A stretch of DNA of 36,031 nt from a virus (Duplodnaviria > Heunggongvirae > Uroviricota > Caudoviricetes), in the IMG/VR virus record IMGVR_UViG_2519103024_000004. One strand, given 5' to 3'. The translations under genes and the position numbers were made by a program. Each line of letters opens with the position of its first letter. Position 1 is the first letter of the stretch. Below are positions 9,447-18,723 of this stretch, in pieces. Below the pieces are notes generated by a model, which saw only the letters and a program-made list of their open reading frames with translations, searched no databases and was not told the DNA's origin.

Positions 9447-9642
9447 TGGGGTAAAATGGTCAAAATCCACCGCAATTTACTGGCTCGGGAACGTAGTTAG
9501 TTTTGTAGGTATAAACGGCTCTCACGTTAGATAGGCATGCAGGATGTGTTAAATCGTTGTGATGAAGTTAACGGTGACTGAGACAGTTTAGGTCTAAGAT
9601 ATAACTTCTGGGTTAGTTAAAAATTGGAATAGTAAGACATTT

Positions 9643-9939
9643 ATGAAAACTACTTATAGCTATGATTTTCAATATATGCGCAAAGGTCAGGATCGCCCTG
9701 ATGATGATGGAGAGGTTGTAGGGTGTAATTCAGAAGACAACTCGCTTTTGATGCTTCCAAATGTGGGAGACTACGTAACAATTACGAATAAGGGTGGGCG
9801 TGCTCAATTTGATGGGCGGGTGAAAACAAGGCTTTTCAATTACCTACGCATTGCTGATGGTCATGTTCATTGCTCCATTTGCATTGTAGTTGAGGAAGTT
9901 GATATGGACTCCGTATGGGGGGCACTAATTAAAGAATAA
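9643..9939 (+). CDS. hypothetical small protein (cargo between cos and portal gene)
   Basis: 98-aa ORF preceded by AT-rich promoter-like DNA; no P2 counterpart recognised; followed by a hairpin. Confidence 0.45.
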   Translation: MKTTYSYDFQYMRKGQDRPDDDGEVVGCNSEDNSLLMLPNVGDYVTITNKGGRAQFDGRVKTRLFNYLRIADGHVHCSICIVVEEVDMDSVWGALIKE

Positions 9940-9945
9940 TAGAAT

Positions 9946-9961
9946 GCCTGCAAATGCAGGC
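9946..9961. terminator. hairpin between convergent genes (possible bidirectional terminator)
   Basis: GCCTGCA-AAT-TGCAGGC inverted repeat between the 98-aa ORF stop and the Q stop. Confidence 0.35.
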
Positions 9962-9969
9962 GCTTTAAT

Positions 9970-11010
9970 TTACTCAGAAATATCTAAGTTGTAAGATTCA
10001 AAGCAAATCACTTTTTCACCTAGCCAGTTGTTCAGCTCTTGCAGCCGCTTTTGCAGTGGCATCAGTTCATTGCGGACAAACACTCGACTAGCCTTCTCCA
10101 CATCCCCAAACCCCCCGACATTATTAGGCATTATCCCCATCATTTGTGGCGGCACACGATGCGCCGCCATCATGTCGTCCCGGCTCACGTTCTTGATATT
10201 CAGGAACTCATCCTTCGCCGCCACTTCTGACAACGGGATAATCTGAAGCCCGTCCTTTTTACCGTTAGGCGAGTACATAAACAGGTTACGGAAGTTACCA
10301 GGACCTTTGGCGCTTTTCATCGCATTGCGGAGGTTGTTCACATCCTCCTGGTTCTGCGCAGCATCGGTCATGTACATGATGAAGCCTGCATGACTGCCGT
10401 TAATGTAATACTTGCGACGGAACAGCGTGGCGGACTCGTTGAGCAGGGCTGACGGAATGGCAGAAAGATAACCGGGCAGGCCGTAGATCTCCTGGTTAAT
10501 GTCCGGTTCCATCAGATGAAAAATGCTGCCTTTCGTGAACTGATACGGCTGGGTTGTCATACCGTATTGCACAAACCAGTAGGTATCCAGGTCTAACCCG
10601 CGTCGGGTGTATTTTGCCAGTGCAGGCTCAAGGGCGATAACTTCACCGAAGCGGTTCGTGCGTTTCTCCAGGTAGGCGTTACCAAAAACCAGATAGTCCT
10701 GCACAAAACGCGAAAAAGCCTGCTGGCTGAGCAGCGGGTGAGGGATGTAGGTGCTGGTCAGAATGTTGCACTTCACTGCAATCGGTGAGCTGTGATGCAC
10801 GGCGGCGCGGAAGGTTCGCGCCAGTCCGTCGAAACTCACAGGCGGCTCATACCAACGATCCATCTGTACGCATTCCACATAGTCCAGCAGTTCGCGGCGG
10901 TCCAGAACAGGAACGGGATCACCGAAGCTGAATGCTTCGGCTGAAGTCTGGCTTTTATGCTGGATCTGTTTCGTCGACGCAGCGCGGTTCTTCTTACTCT
11001 TTCCCATCAA
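9970..11010 (-). CDS. Q: portal protein (P2 gpQ-like)
   Basis: 346-aa ORF, convergent partner of P in conserved Q-P order; size matches P2 Q. Confidence 0.9.
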   Translation of the reverse strand: MMGKSKKNRAASTKQIQHKSQTSAEAFSFGDPVPVLDRRELLDYVECVQMDRWYEPPVSFDGLARTFRAAVHHSSPIAVKCNILTSTYIPHPLLSQQAFSRFVQDYLVFGNAYLEKRTNRFGEVIALEPALAKYTRRGLDLDTYWFVQYGMTTQPYQFTKGSIFHLMEPDINQEIYGLPGYLSAIPSALLNESATLFRRKYYINGSHAGFIMYMTDAAQNQEDVNNLRNAMKSAKGPGNFRNLFMYSPNGKKDGLQIIPLSEVAAKDEFLNIKNVSRDDMMAAHRVPPQMMGIMPNNVGGFGDVEKASRVFVRNELMPLQKRLQELNNWLGEKVICFESYNLDISE

Positions 11011-12773
11011 AAAATCTCCACAATATTGCTGGTATTGGCGGACTCGCCCTGCAGCGGTTCGTTAAACAGTGCGTGCATTGTTGCCCAGGCCAGATCGGCA
11101 TGGCTGGCTTCTTCGCTGCGGCTGGCTTCATAGGTCGGGCGGTTGCCACTGGCAGTGGTAGCGCGACGGATTGCCATAAATGACTGCGCAATGTCGGTGT
11201 GCCCGGCGTCAAACTCCAGACGGCGGTGGCTGATAATGTCGTAGGCCTTGAGTACCAGGGCGTTTTTAACGTTGGGGTTGTAGACAAACTCCCTGACGGC
11301 AGGAAAAAACGCTTTCACGTTCTCGTAAACCCCGTGACCGACGCCGGTCGAGTCGATGCCGATATAGGTCACGTTGTACTGTTCGGTCAGTTTTTTGATG
11401 GCGTCAGCCTGGGCGCGGAAGTCCATCCCGCGCCACTGGTGACGCTCAAGAATGCGGAACTTACCACCCGGCACGGCTGGCGGTGCCACCACCACGCATC
11501 CGGCGCTGTCGCCGTTTTGCGTACCTTTTGCCGGGTCATAACCGATCCACACTTCGCGCCAGCCAAACGGGCGCAGCGCCAGTGCATGAAAGTCGGTCCA
11601 GATTTCCCAGCTGTCTACCATGCACGCCTGCAGCTCGCTGAGAGGGAACACGGACGCGAGATCGTCCACAAACTCGCACATCAGCAGGTTCTGGTATTCG
11701 TCCGGGCTGTACTCCATGCGCAACTGGTCAAGGTCGAACAGGTTACAGCCGCCGCGCACCGCATCTTCCACGGTGACTATCTGGCGGTATTGCCCGTCTG
11801 CGCACAGCAGGCCGGGGGCCAGATTGCTGTGGGACAGGTCGATGTCCACCTTATCGGCTTTGTTGCGCCCACGGTTGAACAGCGCACCGGACCAGAACGG
11901 ATAAGCACTGTGTGTCAGACTGGATGGCGTGGAAAAATAGGTTTGTCGCCATTTTTTGTGAATAGCCATACCGGAAGCCACTTTGCGCAGCTCCTGGAAT
12001 TTCGGTATCCAGAAATATTCATCCAGATACAGGTTGCCGTGGTAACTCTGGGCCGTGCGGGCATTGGTGCCGAGGAAGTAAAGCGTGGCCCCGTTAGGAA
12101 GCACCATCGGATCGCCTTTCAGCTCCACCTCCACTTCTTTGGCAAAGTCGATGATGTACTGTTTAAAGACGTGAGCCTGAGCCTTGCTGGCAGAAAGGAA
12201 AATCTGGTTACGCCCGGTCAGCAGGGCGTCAATCAGGGCTTCACGGGCAAAGTAAAAGGTCGCGCCGATCTGGCGAGACTTCAGCAGGTTGCGGATGCGA
12301 TTGGTTTTTCCGGCTTCCCACCAGTGGCGCTGGTAGTTGAACATGGAGGAATGGAAGATTTCTTCCAGCTTCTCAATCTGTTCATCGGTGAAAACATTCT
12401 TTTCCGGCTGACGGCGCGGGCCTTTGTTGCGGTTGGCGACGTTAGGGTTTAAGTCGGCTTCGTTGCCGCCATTGTTAAACTTGCCGATGCGCGCGTGGCG
12501 CTCCGACTGGCGCGCCAGCAGGTCAATCTCTTTGAAATCTTTCCCTTCTTTGTGCTCCTTCATAATGAGCTGGCAGTAGCGTGCGGCGGTGGTGAGCTGC
12601 ATCTGATCCAGCGGCCCATAGTCACCCCACTTGTCGCGTTTTTTCCAGCTATGAACGGTTGCAACTTTCTCGCCCAGCATTTCAGCAATGCGGGCGACGC
12701 GGTATCCCTGAAAGTACAGCAGCATGGCCTGCCGACGGGGATCGAGATCTGCGGGTGTCAGTGTGGTGTTCAT
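11007..12773 (-). CDS. P: terminase large (ATPase) subunit (P2 gpP-like)
   Basis: 588-aa ORF overlapping the Q start; size and position as P2 P. Confidence 0.9.
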   Translation of the reverse strand: MNTTLTPADLDPRRQAMLLYFQGYRVARIAEMLGEKVATVHSWKKRDKWGDYGPLDQMQLTTAARYCQLIMKEHKEGKDFKEIDLLARQSERHARIGKFNNGGNEADLNPNVANRNKGPRRQPEKNVFTDEQIEKLEEIFHSSMFNYQRHWWEAGKTNRIRNLLKSRQIGATFYFAREALIDALLTGRNQIFLSASKAQAHVFKQYIIDFAKEVEVELKGDPMVLPNGATLYFLGTNARTAQSYHGNLYLDEYFWIPKFQELRKVASGMAIHKKWRQTYFSTPSSLTHSAYPFWSGALFNRGRNKADKVDIDLSHSNLAPGLLCADGQYRQIVTVEDAVRGGCNLFDLDQLRMEYSPDEYQNLLMCEFVDDLASVFPLSELQACMVDSWEIWTDFHALALRPFGWREVWIGYDPAKGTQNGDSAGCVVVAPPAVPGGKFRILERHQWRGMDFRAQADAIKKLTEQYNVTYIGIDSTGVGHGVYENVKAFFPAVREFVYNPNVKNALVLKAYDIISHRRLEFDAGHTDIAQSFMAIRRATTASGNRPTYEASRSEEASHADLAWATMHALFNEPLQGESANTSNIVEIF

Positions 12774-12819
12774 GGCACAAACCTACAGCCTTGAATGAAG
12801 GCTTTCCCCGCCTGCGGTT

Positions 12820-12837
12820 TGTGTGGTTGTCGGTACA
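12820..12837. promoter_or_regulatory. late-promoter activator site candidate (TGT-N12-ACA) in the P/O divergent region
   Basis: TGTGTGGTTGTCGGTACA fits the Ogr/Delta-dependent late promoter dyad; centred about 88 bp upstream of the O start. Confidence 0.4.
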
Positions 12838-12915
12838 AATACCGCGCATTGTTTCACTGCCCCCATCACCGCAACCATAAGGCTCCAGTAAGTTTTTTCT
12901 AACGGAGCACGGCTC

Positions 12916-13749
12916 ATGACAGTGAAAGCAAAGCGTTTTCGCATCGGGGTGGAAGGTGCCACCACCGATGGACGCGAAATCCAGCGTGAATGGCTGGAAC
13001 AGATGGCAGCCAGCTACAACCCGGCGGTGTATACCGCGCTGATTAACCTTGAGCACATCAAGTCTTATCTGCCGGACAGCACCTTTAACCGCTACGGCAA
13101 GGTGACGGCGCTGTTTGCTGAAGAAATTACGGAAGGTCCGCTGGCAGGCAAGATGGCATTGTATGCCGACGTTGAGCCAACGGAGTCCCTGGTGGAACTG
13201 GTGAAAAAAGGCCAGAAATTATTCACCTCTATGGAAGTCAGCCCGAAGTTTGCTGATACGGGCAAAGCCTACCTGGTCGGCCTGGCTGCCACTGATGATC
13301 CAGCCAGTCTGGGTACGGAAATGCTGACATTCAGCGCCAGTGCAGCCCATAACCCGCTGGCAAACCGCAAGCAGAATCCTGCCAATCTCTTTACCGCTGC
13401 AGAGGAAACGGTGATCGAACTGGAAGAAATCCAGGATGACAAACCGTCCCTGTTTGCCCGTGTCACGGCGCTGTTCACCAAAAAAGAGCAGTCCGATGAT
13501 GCCCGGTTCTCTGATGTGCATAAGGCCGTGGAACTGGTCGCTACCGAGCAGCAGAACCTGAGTACGCGCACCGAAAAATCCCTGTCTGAGCAGGAAGAAC
13601 GCCTGTCTGAGCTGGAGACTGCCCTGCAGGCACAGCAGACCGCCTTTAACGAACTGGTGGACAAGCTGAGCCATGAAGACCGGCGCCAGGACTACCGCCA
13701 GCGTGCAACAGGCGGCAACGCCCCCGCTGACACTCTGACCAATTGCTGA
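12916..13749 (+). CDS. O: capsid scaffolding protein (P2 gpO-like)
   Basis: 277-aa ORF, first gene of the rightward capsid operon. Confidence 0.85.
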   Translation: MTVKAKRFRIGVEGATTDGREIQREWLEQMAASYNPAVYTALINLEHIKSYLPDSTFNRYGKVTALFAEEITEGPLAGKMALYADVEPTESLVELVKKGQKLFTSMEVSPKFADTGKAYLVGLAATDDPASLGTEMLTFSASAAHNPLANRKQNPANLFTAAEETVIELEEIQDDKPSLFARVTALFTKKEQSDDARFSDVHKAVELVATEQQNLSTRTEKSLSEQEERLSELETALQAQQTAFNELVDKLSHEDRRQDYRQRATGGNAPADTLTNC

Positions 13750-13765
13750 TGGAGCACAAAACCTG

Positions 13766-14824
13766 ATGAAGAAGAATACCCGCTTTGCTTTTAACGCTTA
13801 CCTGCAGCAGCTGGCGCGTCTGAACGGTGTGGCAGTTGAAGAACTGTCCAGCAAGTTCACCGTGGAGCCGTCTGTACAGCAGACGCTGGAAGACCAGATC
13901 CAGCAGTCCGCCGCTTTCCTGACGCTGATTAACGTCACGCCAGTGACTGAGCAGTCCGGTCAGCTGCTGGGGTTGGGAGTTGGCAGCACCATTGCCGGAA
14001 CCACTGATACCACCGCGAAAGAGCGTGAACCTGTCGATCCGACGCTGATGGTCGATGTGGAATACAAATGCGAGCAGACCAACTTTGACACGGTACTGAC
14101 CTACGCGAAGCTGGACCTGTGGGCGAAGTTTCAGGATTTCCAGGTGCGTATCCGTGACGCCATCGTGAAACGTCAGGCACTGGACCGCATCATGATCGGC
14201 TTTAACGGCGTGAAGCGTGCGAAAACCTCCAACCGTAGCGAAAACCCGCTGTTGCAGGATGTGAACAAAGGCTGGCTGCAGAAAATCCGTGAAGATGCAC
14301 CGGATCACGTCATGGGTAGCACCACCACGGGCGGTGAAACCACACCGGGTGCGGTGAAAGTCGGGAAAGGTGGCGAATATGCCAACCTGGACGCCGTGGT
14401 GATGGATGCCGTCAATGAGCTTATCGACGTGGTCTACCAGGACGATGACGATCTGGTGGTGATTTGCGGTCGTGAACTGCTGTCTGACAAGTATTTCCCG
14501 CTGGTCAACAAAGAGCAGGAAAACAGTGAAAAACTGGCTGCCGATATGATCATCAGTCAGAAACGCATGGGTGGCCTGCAGGCCGTGCGTGCGCCGTTCT
14601 TCCCGCCGAATGCACTGCTGATCACCCGTCTGGATAACCTGTCCATCTACTGGCAGGAAGACACCCGCCGCCGCTCAGTTATCGACAACCCGAAACGTGA
14701 CCGGATTGAAAACTTTGAATCCGTTAATGAAGCCTATGTGGTTGAGGACTACCGCTGCGCCGCACTGGTGGAAAACATCCAGATTGGCGATTTCAGCGCC
14801 GCTGCAGCAGAAGCCGGAGCGTAA
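13766..14824 (+). CDS. N: major capsid protein (P2 gpN-like)
   Basis: 352-aa ORF following O; size matches P2 N. Confidence 0.9.
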   Translation: MKKNTRFAFNAYLQQLARLNGVAVEELSSKFTVEPSVQQTLEDQIQQSAAFLTLINVTPVTEQSGQLLGLGVGSTIAGTTDTTAKEREPVDPTLMVDVEYKCEQTNFDTVLTYAKLDLWAKFQDFQVRIRDAIVKRQALDRIMIGFNGVKRAKTSNRSENPLLQDVNKGWLQKIREDAPDHVMGSTTTGGETTPGAVKVGKGGEYANLDAVVMDAVNELIDVVYQDDDDLVVICGRELLSDKYFPLVNKEQENSEKLAADMIISQKRMGGLQAVRAPFFPPNALLITRLDNLSIYWQEDTRRRSVIDNPKRDRIENFESVNEAYVVEDYRCAALVENIQIGDFSAAAAEAGA

Positions 14825-14827
14825 CCC

Positions 14828-15478
14828 ATGAGCCTGAGTCCCGCACGGCAGCATCGCCTGCGCGTTCAGGCTGAACAGGCCGCCCGCGAGGGCGGCAGTG
14901 TTCGCCACGCGTCGGGCTATGACCTGATGCTGCTGCAACTGGCGGAAGACCGCCGCCGTCTCAAGGGCGTTCAGTCCACGGTCAAAAAAGCGGAAATCAA
15001 GGTGGAGCTGCTGCCGAAGTACGCCACCTGGGCAGAGGGTGTCCTGGCTGCCGGAGGCGCTCAACAGGATGACGTGCTGATGTACGTGATGCTGTGGCGC
15101 ATTGATGCCGGAGATTATGCCGGGGCGCTGGAGATCGGGCGTCATGCCCTGCGTCATGGCTGGGTGATGCCGCTGGGTAACCGCAACGTGCAGACCGTGC
15201 TGGCAGAGGAAATGGCAGACGCGGCGCAGAGCGCAATGCTTGCTGCCACCGGCTTTGATGCCGATCCGCTGCTGCAGACGCTGGAGCTGACAGACGGTCT
15301 GGATATGCCGGACCAGTCACGGGCGCGTCTGCATAAAGCGATTGGCGCTGTCCTGAGTGAAAGCAATCCGGCGTCCGCCCTTAATCATCTCAACCATGCG
15401 TTACAGCTCGATCCCCGCTGTGGCGTGAAAAAAGACAAACAGCAGCTGGAGCGCAGACTGCGCAATGACAGCCGCTGA
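14828..15478 (+). CDS. M: terminase small/endonuclease subunit (P2 gpM-like)
   Basis: 216-aa ORF at the conserved position after N. Confidence 0.8.
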   Translation: MSLSPARQHRLRVQAEQAAREGGSVRHASGYDLMLLQLAEDRRRLKGVQSTVKKAEIKVELLPKYATWAEGVLAAGGAQQDDVLMYVMLWRIDAGDYAGALEIGRHALRHGWVMPLGNRNVQTVLAEEMADAAQSAMLAATGFDADPLLQTLELTDGLDMPDQSRARLHKAIGAVLSESNPASALNHLNHALQLDPRCGVKKDKQQLERRLRNDSR

Positions 15479-15573
15479 CAGAACGTGCCCCCGCGCACGG
15501 GCGGCACGGGGTGGCGAAAGGCACTGCTACATCAAAACCCCGTCCACCGCCCTCTATTTCAGGAGAAAGCAGC

Positions 15574-16038
15574 ATGAAGTTTGTTGCGCCAGAACAGGCA
15601 CCGGAACAGGCGGAAATCATCAGAAATACGCCGTTCTGGCCTGATGTGGACCTGTCGGAGTTTCGCAGTGTCATGCGCACTGACGGCACGGTGACGCAGC
15701 CGCGTTTAAAGCAGGTTGCGCTGTCGGCAATTTCGGAGGTCAACGCAGAGCTGTATGAGTTTCGCAGACGCCAGCAGATGCTGGGGTATGCCTCGCTGGC
15801 AGAAGTCCCGGCGGAACAACTGGACGGCAAAAGCGAGCGCATTCAGCACTATTTCAACGCGGTTTACTGCTGGGCACGCGCCATGCTCAACGAACGTTAT
15901 CAGGACTATGACGCCACGGCATCCGGTGTGAAGCGGGGCGAGGAACTGGCGGAAGCAAGCGGTGATTTGTGGCGTGACGCCCGCTGGGCCATCAGCCGGG
16001 TGCAGGATGCGCCGCACTGCACAGTGGAGCTTATCTGA
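15574..16038 (+). CDS. L: head completion/stabilisation protein (P2 gpL-like)
   Basis: ATG at 15574 with AGGAGAAAGC ribosome-binding site; about 154 aa; conserved position. Confidence 0.8.
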   Translation: MKFVAPEQAPEQAEIIRNTPFWPDVDLSEFRSVMRTDGTVTQPRLKQVALSAISEVNAELYEFRRRQQMLGYASLAEVPAEQLDGKSERIQHYFNAVYCWARAMLNERYQDYDATASGVKRGEELAEASGDLWRDARWAISRVQDAPHCTVELI

Positions 16039-16241
16039 TGAAAGTGCGTGCGTATCAGTATGACACGGTGGACGCGCTTTGCTGGCGTCATTACGGGCGC
16101 ACGCAGGGTGTCACGGAGCAGGTACTGAAGGCAAATCCGGGGCTTGCCGAATACGGCCCCTTTTTACCTCACGGGCTGCAGGTGGAGCTGCCGGACATAC
16201 CGACAACCACCACCGTGCAGACCGTCCAGCTATGGGACTGA
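16038..16241 (+). CDS. X: tail protein X (P2 gpX-like)
   Basis: 67-aa ORF, same length as P2 X, overlapping the L stop. Confidence 0.7.
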   Translation: MKVRAYQYDTVDALCWRHYGRTQGVTEQVLKANPGLAEYGPFLPHGLQVELPDIPTTTTVQTVQLWD

Positions 16242-16244
16242 ATT

Positions 16245-16460
16245 ATGACGCTTGAGCGAATCAGCGCCTTTATCACGTACTGCATCGCCGTTGTGCTGGC
16301 CTGGCTGGGCGATTTGTCCATCAAGGATGCCTCAACGCTGGGCGGCCTGATGATTGGTGTGCTGATGCTGGCTATCAACTGGTACTACAAACACAAAGCC
16401 TACCAGCTTCTGCGCGACGGGCAGATCTCGCGGGAGGACTATGAATCCATCAATCGTTAA
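16245..16460 (+). CDS. holin
   Basis: 71-aa ORF with two hydrophobic segments and a charged C-terminus, immediately upstream of the endolysin. Confidence 0.6.
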   Translation: MTLERISAFITYCIAVVLAWLGDLSIKDASTLGGLMIGVLMLAINWYYKHKAYQLLRDGQISREDYESINR

Positions 16461-16953
16461 ACGCTGCCTTGTCGGGGTCGTGCTGGCTATTGCTGCCACG
16501 CTGCCGGGTTTTCAGCAGCTTCACACCTCCGTGGAGGGGCTGAAACTGATTGCCGATTACGAAGGCTGTCGTCTGCAGCCGTATCAGTGCAGCGCGGGTG
16601 TCTGGACCGACGGCATTGGTAATACATCGGGCGTCATTCCCGGCAAAACCATTACGGAACGACAGGCAGCAGAAGGGCTTATCTCCAACGTGCTGCGTGT
16701 GGAGCGGTCACTGGAAAGGTGTGTGAAGCAACAGCCACCGCAGAAAGTGTATGACGCGGTGGTGTCATTTGCCTTCAACGTGGGGACAGGTAATGCCTGC
16801 AGCTCCACGCTGGTGAAATTACTCAATCAGCGGCGCTGGGCGGATGCGTGCCGACAGTTGCCGCGCTGGGTTTACGTGAAAGGTGTGTTTAATCAGGGGC
16901 TGGATAACCGCCGTGCGCGGGAGATGGCCTGGTGCTTACAGGGAGCAAACTGA
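16441..16953 (+). CDS. endolysin, T4-lysozyme-like (GH24), probably signal-anchor-release type
   Basis: E-x8-D-x5-T catalytic spacing (YEG...WTDGIGNT) after an N-terminal hydrophobic segment (LVGVVLAIAATLPGF). Confidence 0.8.
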   Translation: MNPSIVKRCLVGVVLAIAATLPGFQQLHTSVEGLKLIADYEGCRLQPYQCSAGVWTDGIGNTSGVIPGKTITERQAAEGLISNVLRVERSLERCVKQQPPQKVYDAVVSFAFNVGTGNACSSTLVKLLNQRRWADACRQLPRWVYVKGVFNQGLDNRRAREMAWCLQGAN

Positions 16954-16954
16954 A

Positions 16955-17332
16955 ATGAAAAAGAAATTAATCAGCGGGCTGTTTCTGATGTTATGGATGG
17001 CGCTGTTAATCGAAGCAATGGTGTATCCGCAGGGGATTTTTCCGGTACTGGCAGCGTCCGGCGTTTGGGTAGCCTGTTTGCTGACATGGGCGGTAATTCC
17101 GGTAGCACTGGCTGCGTTAATTAAGAATGGCCCGCTCTGGCAGGAGTTGAGGGCATCTTTGCTGAAGACAATTACCCGAAAAGAAAACGTATTTATCAGC
17201 TGGGTGATGCGATTGCTGATTGTCGTCAGTCTCGCCTGGACGGGGTGGGCTATTACCCTGGTCTTTTATCTGCTGACCGTTATTGCCTTCTGGATGACCC
17301 GTAATCAGATTGCGCAACAGGTATCAGCATGA
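16955..17332 (+). CDS. lysis-associated membrane protein (LysA-like)
   Basis: ATG at 16955 with GGGAG ribosome-binding site; multi-pass hydrophobic 125-aa ORF between endolysin and spanin genes. Confidence 0.45.
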   Translation: MKKKLISGLFLMLWMALLIEAMVYPQGIFPVLAASGVWVACLLTWAVIPVALAALIKNGPLWQELRASLLKTITRKENVFISWVMRLLIVVSLAWTGWAITLVFYLLTVIAFWMTRNQIAQQVSA

Positions 17333-17757
17333 ACCGGTTGCTGCTGGTTGTGCTGGCGTTATTACTGGCGGCGCTGGGCTGGCAGACGTGGCGGCTGGCT
17401 GATGCCAGCCAGACCATCAGCACGCAGGCAGACGAGCTGCAGAGCAAAAGCCAGGCACTGGCAAAGAGCAACAGCCAGCTTATCAGCCTGTCCATTCTGA
17501 CTGAAACCAATAACCGGGAGCAGGCGCGGCTCTATGCCGACGCAGAACAGACCAGCGCGCAGCTGAGACAACGACAACACCGAATTGAGGAACTGAAGCG
17601 TGAGAACGAGGGTTTACGCCGCTGGGCTGATACTCCTTTGCCTGCTGACATTATCCGGCTGCGGGAACGTCCGGCACTCACCGGAGGTGCAGCTTACCGT
17701 CAGTGGTTGTCCGCGAGTGACGCCGTGTCGGCTGGATCAGGCAGCGCCGCGCACTAA
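17329..17757 (+). CDS. inner-membrane spanin (Rz/LysB-like)
   Basis: N-terminal transmembrane segment then coiled-coil-like region; contains an embedded out-of-frame lipoprotein ORF. Confidence 0.6.
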   Translation: MNRLLLVVLALLLAALGWQTWRLADASQTISTQADELQSKSQALAKSNSQLISLSILTETNNREQARLYADAEQTSAQLRQRQHRIEELKRENEGLRRWADTPLPADIIRLRERPALTGGAAYRQWLSASDAVSAGSGSAAH

Positions 17758-17890
17758 CGGTGATCTGAACGCGTTGCTGGATGAAACGGAGGCCGCCTGG
17801 GCGGTCTGTGCAGACAAAGTGGACATGATTATTGCGTGTCAGGAGCGAAACAGTGAACAAACCACAATCCCTGCGCCACGCCCTCAATAA
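17600..17890 (+). CDS. outer-membrane lipoprotein spanin (Rz1/LysC-like), embedded and overlapping
   Basis: signal peptide with LTLSGC lipobox; alternate frame within the LysB-like gene. Confidence 0.55.
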   Translation: MRTRVYAAGLILLCLLTLSGCGNVRHSPEVQLTVSGCPRVTPCRLDQAAPRTNGDLNALLDETEAAWAVCADKVDMIIACQERNSEQTTIPAPRPQ

Positions 17891-18284
17891 AGCGGTGCCT
17901 TATGTCCGCAATAACCCGGACAAACTGCATCTGTTTGTGGATAACGGTTCGCTGGTTGCCACGGGGGCCAACTCCATGTCGTGGGAGTACCGTTACACCC
18001 TGAACGCGGTGATTGAGGATTTCAGCGGCGACCAGAATCTGCTGATGGCCCCGGTTTTGCTGTGGCTGAGGGATAACCAGCCCGATGCCATCAATAACCC
18101 GGCGTTACGGGAAAAACTATTCACCTTTGAGGTGGATATTCTGCGCAACGATGTCTGTGATATCAGCCTGAACCTGCAACTGACGGAGCGTGTGCTGGTC
18201 AGCACTGACGGTAGTGTGTCGAGCGTTGAAGCTATAGCGGAACCTGATGAACCTGAAGAAATGTGGACGGTGAAACGTGGCTGA
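17853..18284 (+). CDS. R: tail completion protein (P2 gpR-like)
   Basis: GTG at 17853 with AGGAG ribosome-binding site; segments such as ...LHLFVDNGSLVA... and ...WLRDNQPD... resemble P2 R as I recall it. Confidence 0.8.
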   Translation: MNKPQSLRHALNKAVPYVRNNPDKLHLFVDNGSLVATGANSMSWEYRYTLNAVIEDFSGDQNLLMAPVLLWLRDNQPDAINNPALREKLFTFEVDILRNDVCDISLNLQLTERVLVSTDGSVSSVEAIAEPDEPEEMWTVKRG

Positions 18285-18723
18285 ACTGCAGAAAGTGGAC
18301 GACTGGCTGAGTGCCTTGCTGGCGAATCTGGAGCCAGCCGCAAGAAGCCGCATGATGCGCCAGCTGGCGCAGGAACTGCGCCGGATACAGCAGCAGAACA
18401 TCAGGATGCAACGCAATCCAGATGGCAGTAGTTATGAACCGCGACGGGTAACAGCACGCAGTAAAAAGGGGCGCATCAAACGTCAGATGTTTGCAAAGCT
18501 GCGAACCACAAAATACCTGAAAACTGCCGCCAGCGCCGATTCTGCCAGCGTGCAGTTTGAAGGCAAGGTACAGCGCATTGCCCGTGTTCACCATTACGGC
18601 TTGCGTGATCGCGTCAGCCGTAAGGGGCCACAGATACGTTATGCTAAACGTAGGTTACTTGGAATTTATGATACTGATTTTGATATTATAGAAGAGATAA
18701 TCATAAATTTTTTGATTCGTTAG
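18277..18723 (+). CDS. S: tail completion protein (P2 gpS-like) with an altered, AT-rich-encoded C-terminus
   Basis: N-terminal MAELQKVDDWLSALLANL... resembles P2 S as I recall it; the last ~17 codons lie in AT-rich DNA and overlap the 3' end of the convergent cargo gene. Confidence 0.8.
   Translation: MAELQKVDDWLSALLANLEPAARSRMMRQLAQELRRIQQQNIRMQRNPDGSSYEPRRVTARSKKGRIKRQMFAKLRTTKYLKTAASADSASVQFEGKVQRIARVHHYGLRDRVSRKGPQIRYAKRRLLGIYDTDFDIIEEIIINFLIR

Noticed and set aside
9215-9642. Possible small RNA or additional gene in the GC-rich non-coding stretch after the DinI-like gene
   Set aside because: Contains a terminator hairpin and the candidate cos; I could not support any further RNA gene or ORF from sequence alone
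12762-12779. Fourth TGT-N12-ACA dyad
   Set aside because: It overlaps the P start codon, so it cannot sit upstream of a promoter for P; the motif is short enough to occur by chance several times in 36 kb
10994-15842. Numerous 60-400-aa ORFs in the track on the opposite strand or alternate frames of capsid and terminase genes (for example 11199-12452, 13219-13674, 13646-14308, 14675-15157, 15390-15842)
   Set aside because: They lie entirely within well-supported structural genes in GC-rich DNA, where long spurious open frames are expected, and have no start signals or recognisable motifs
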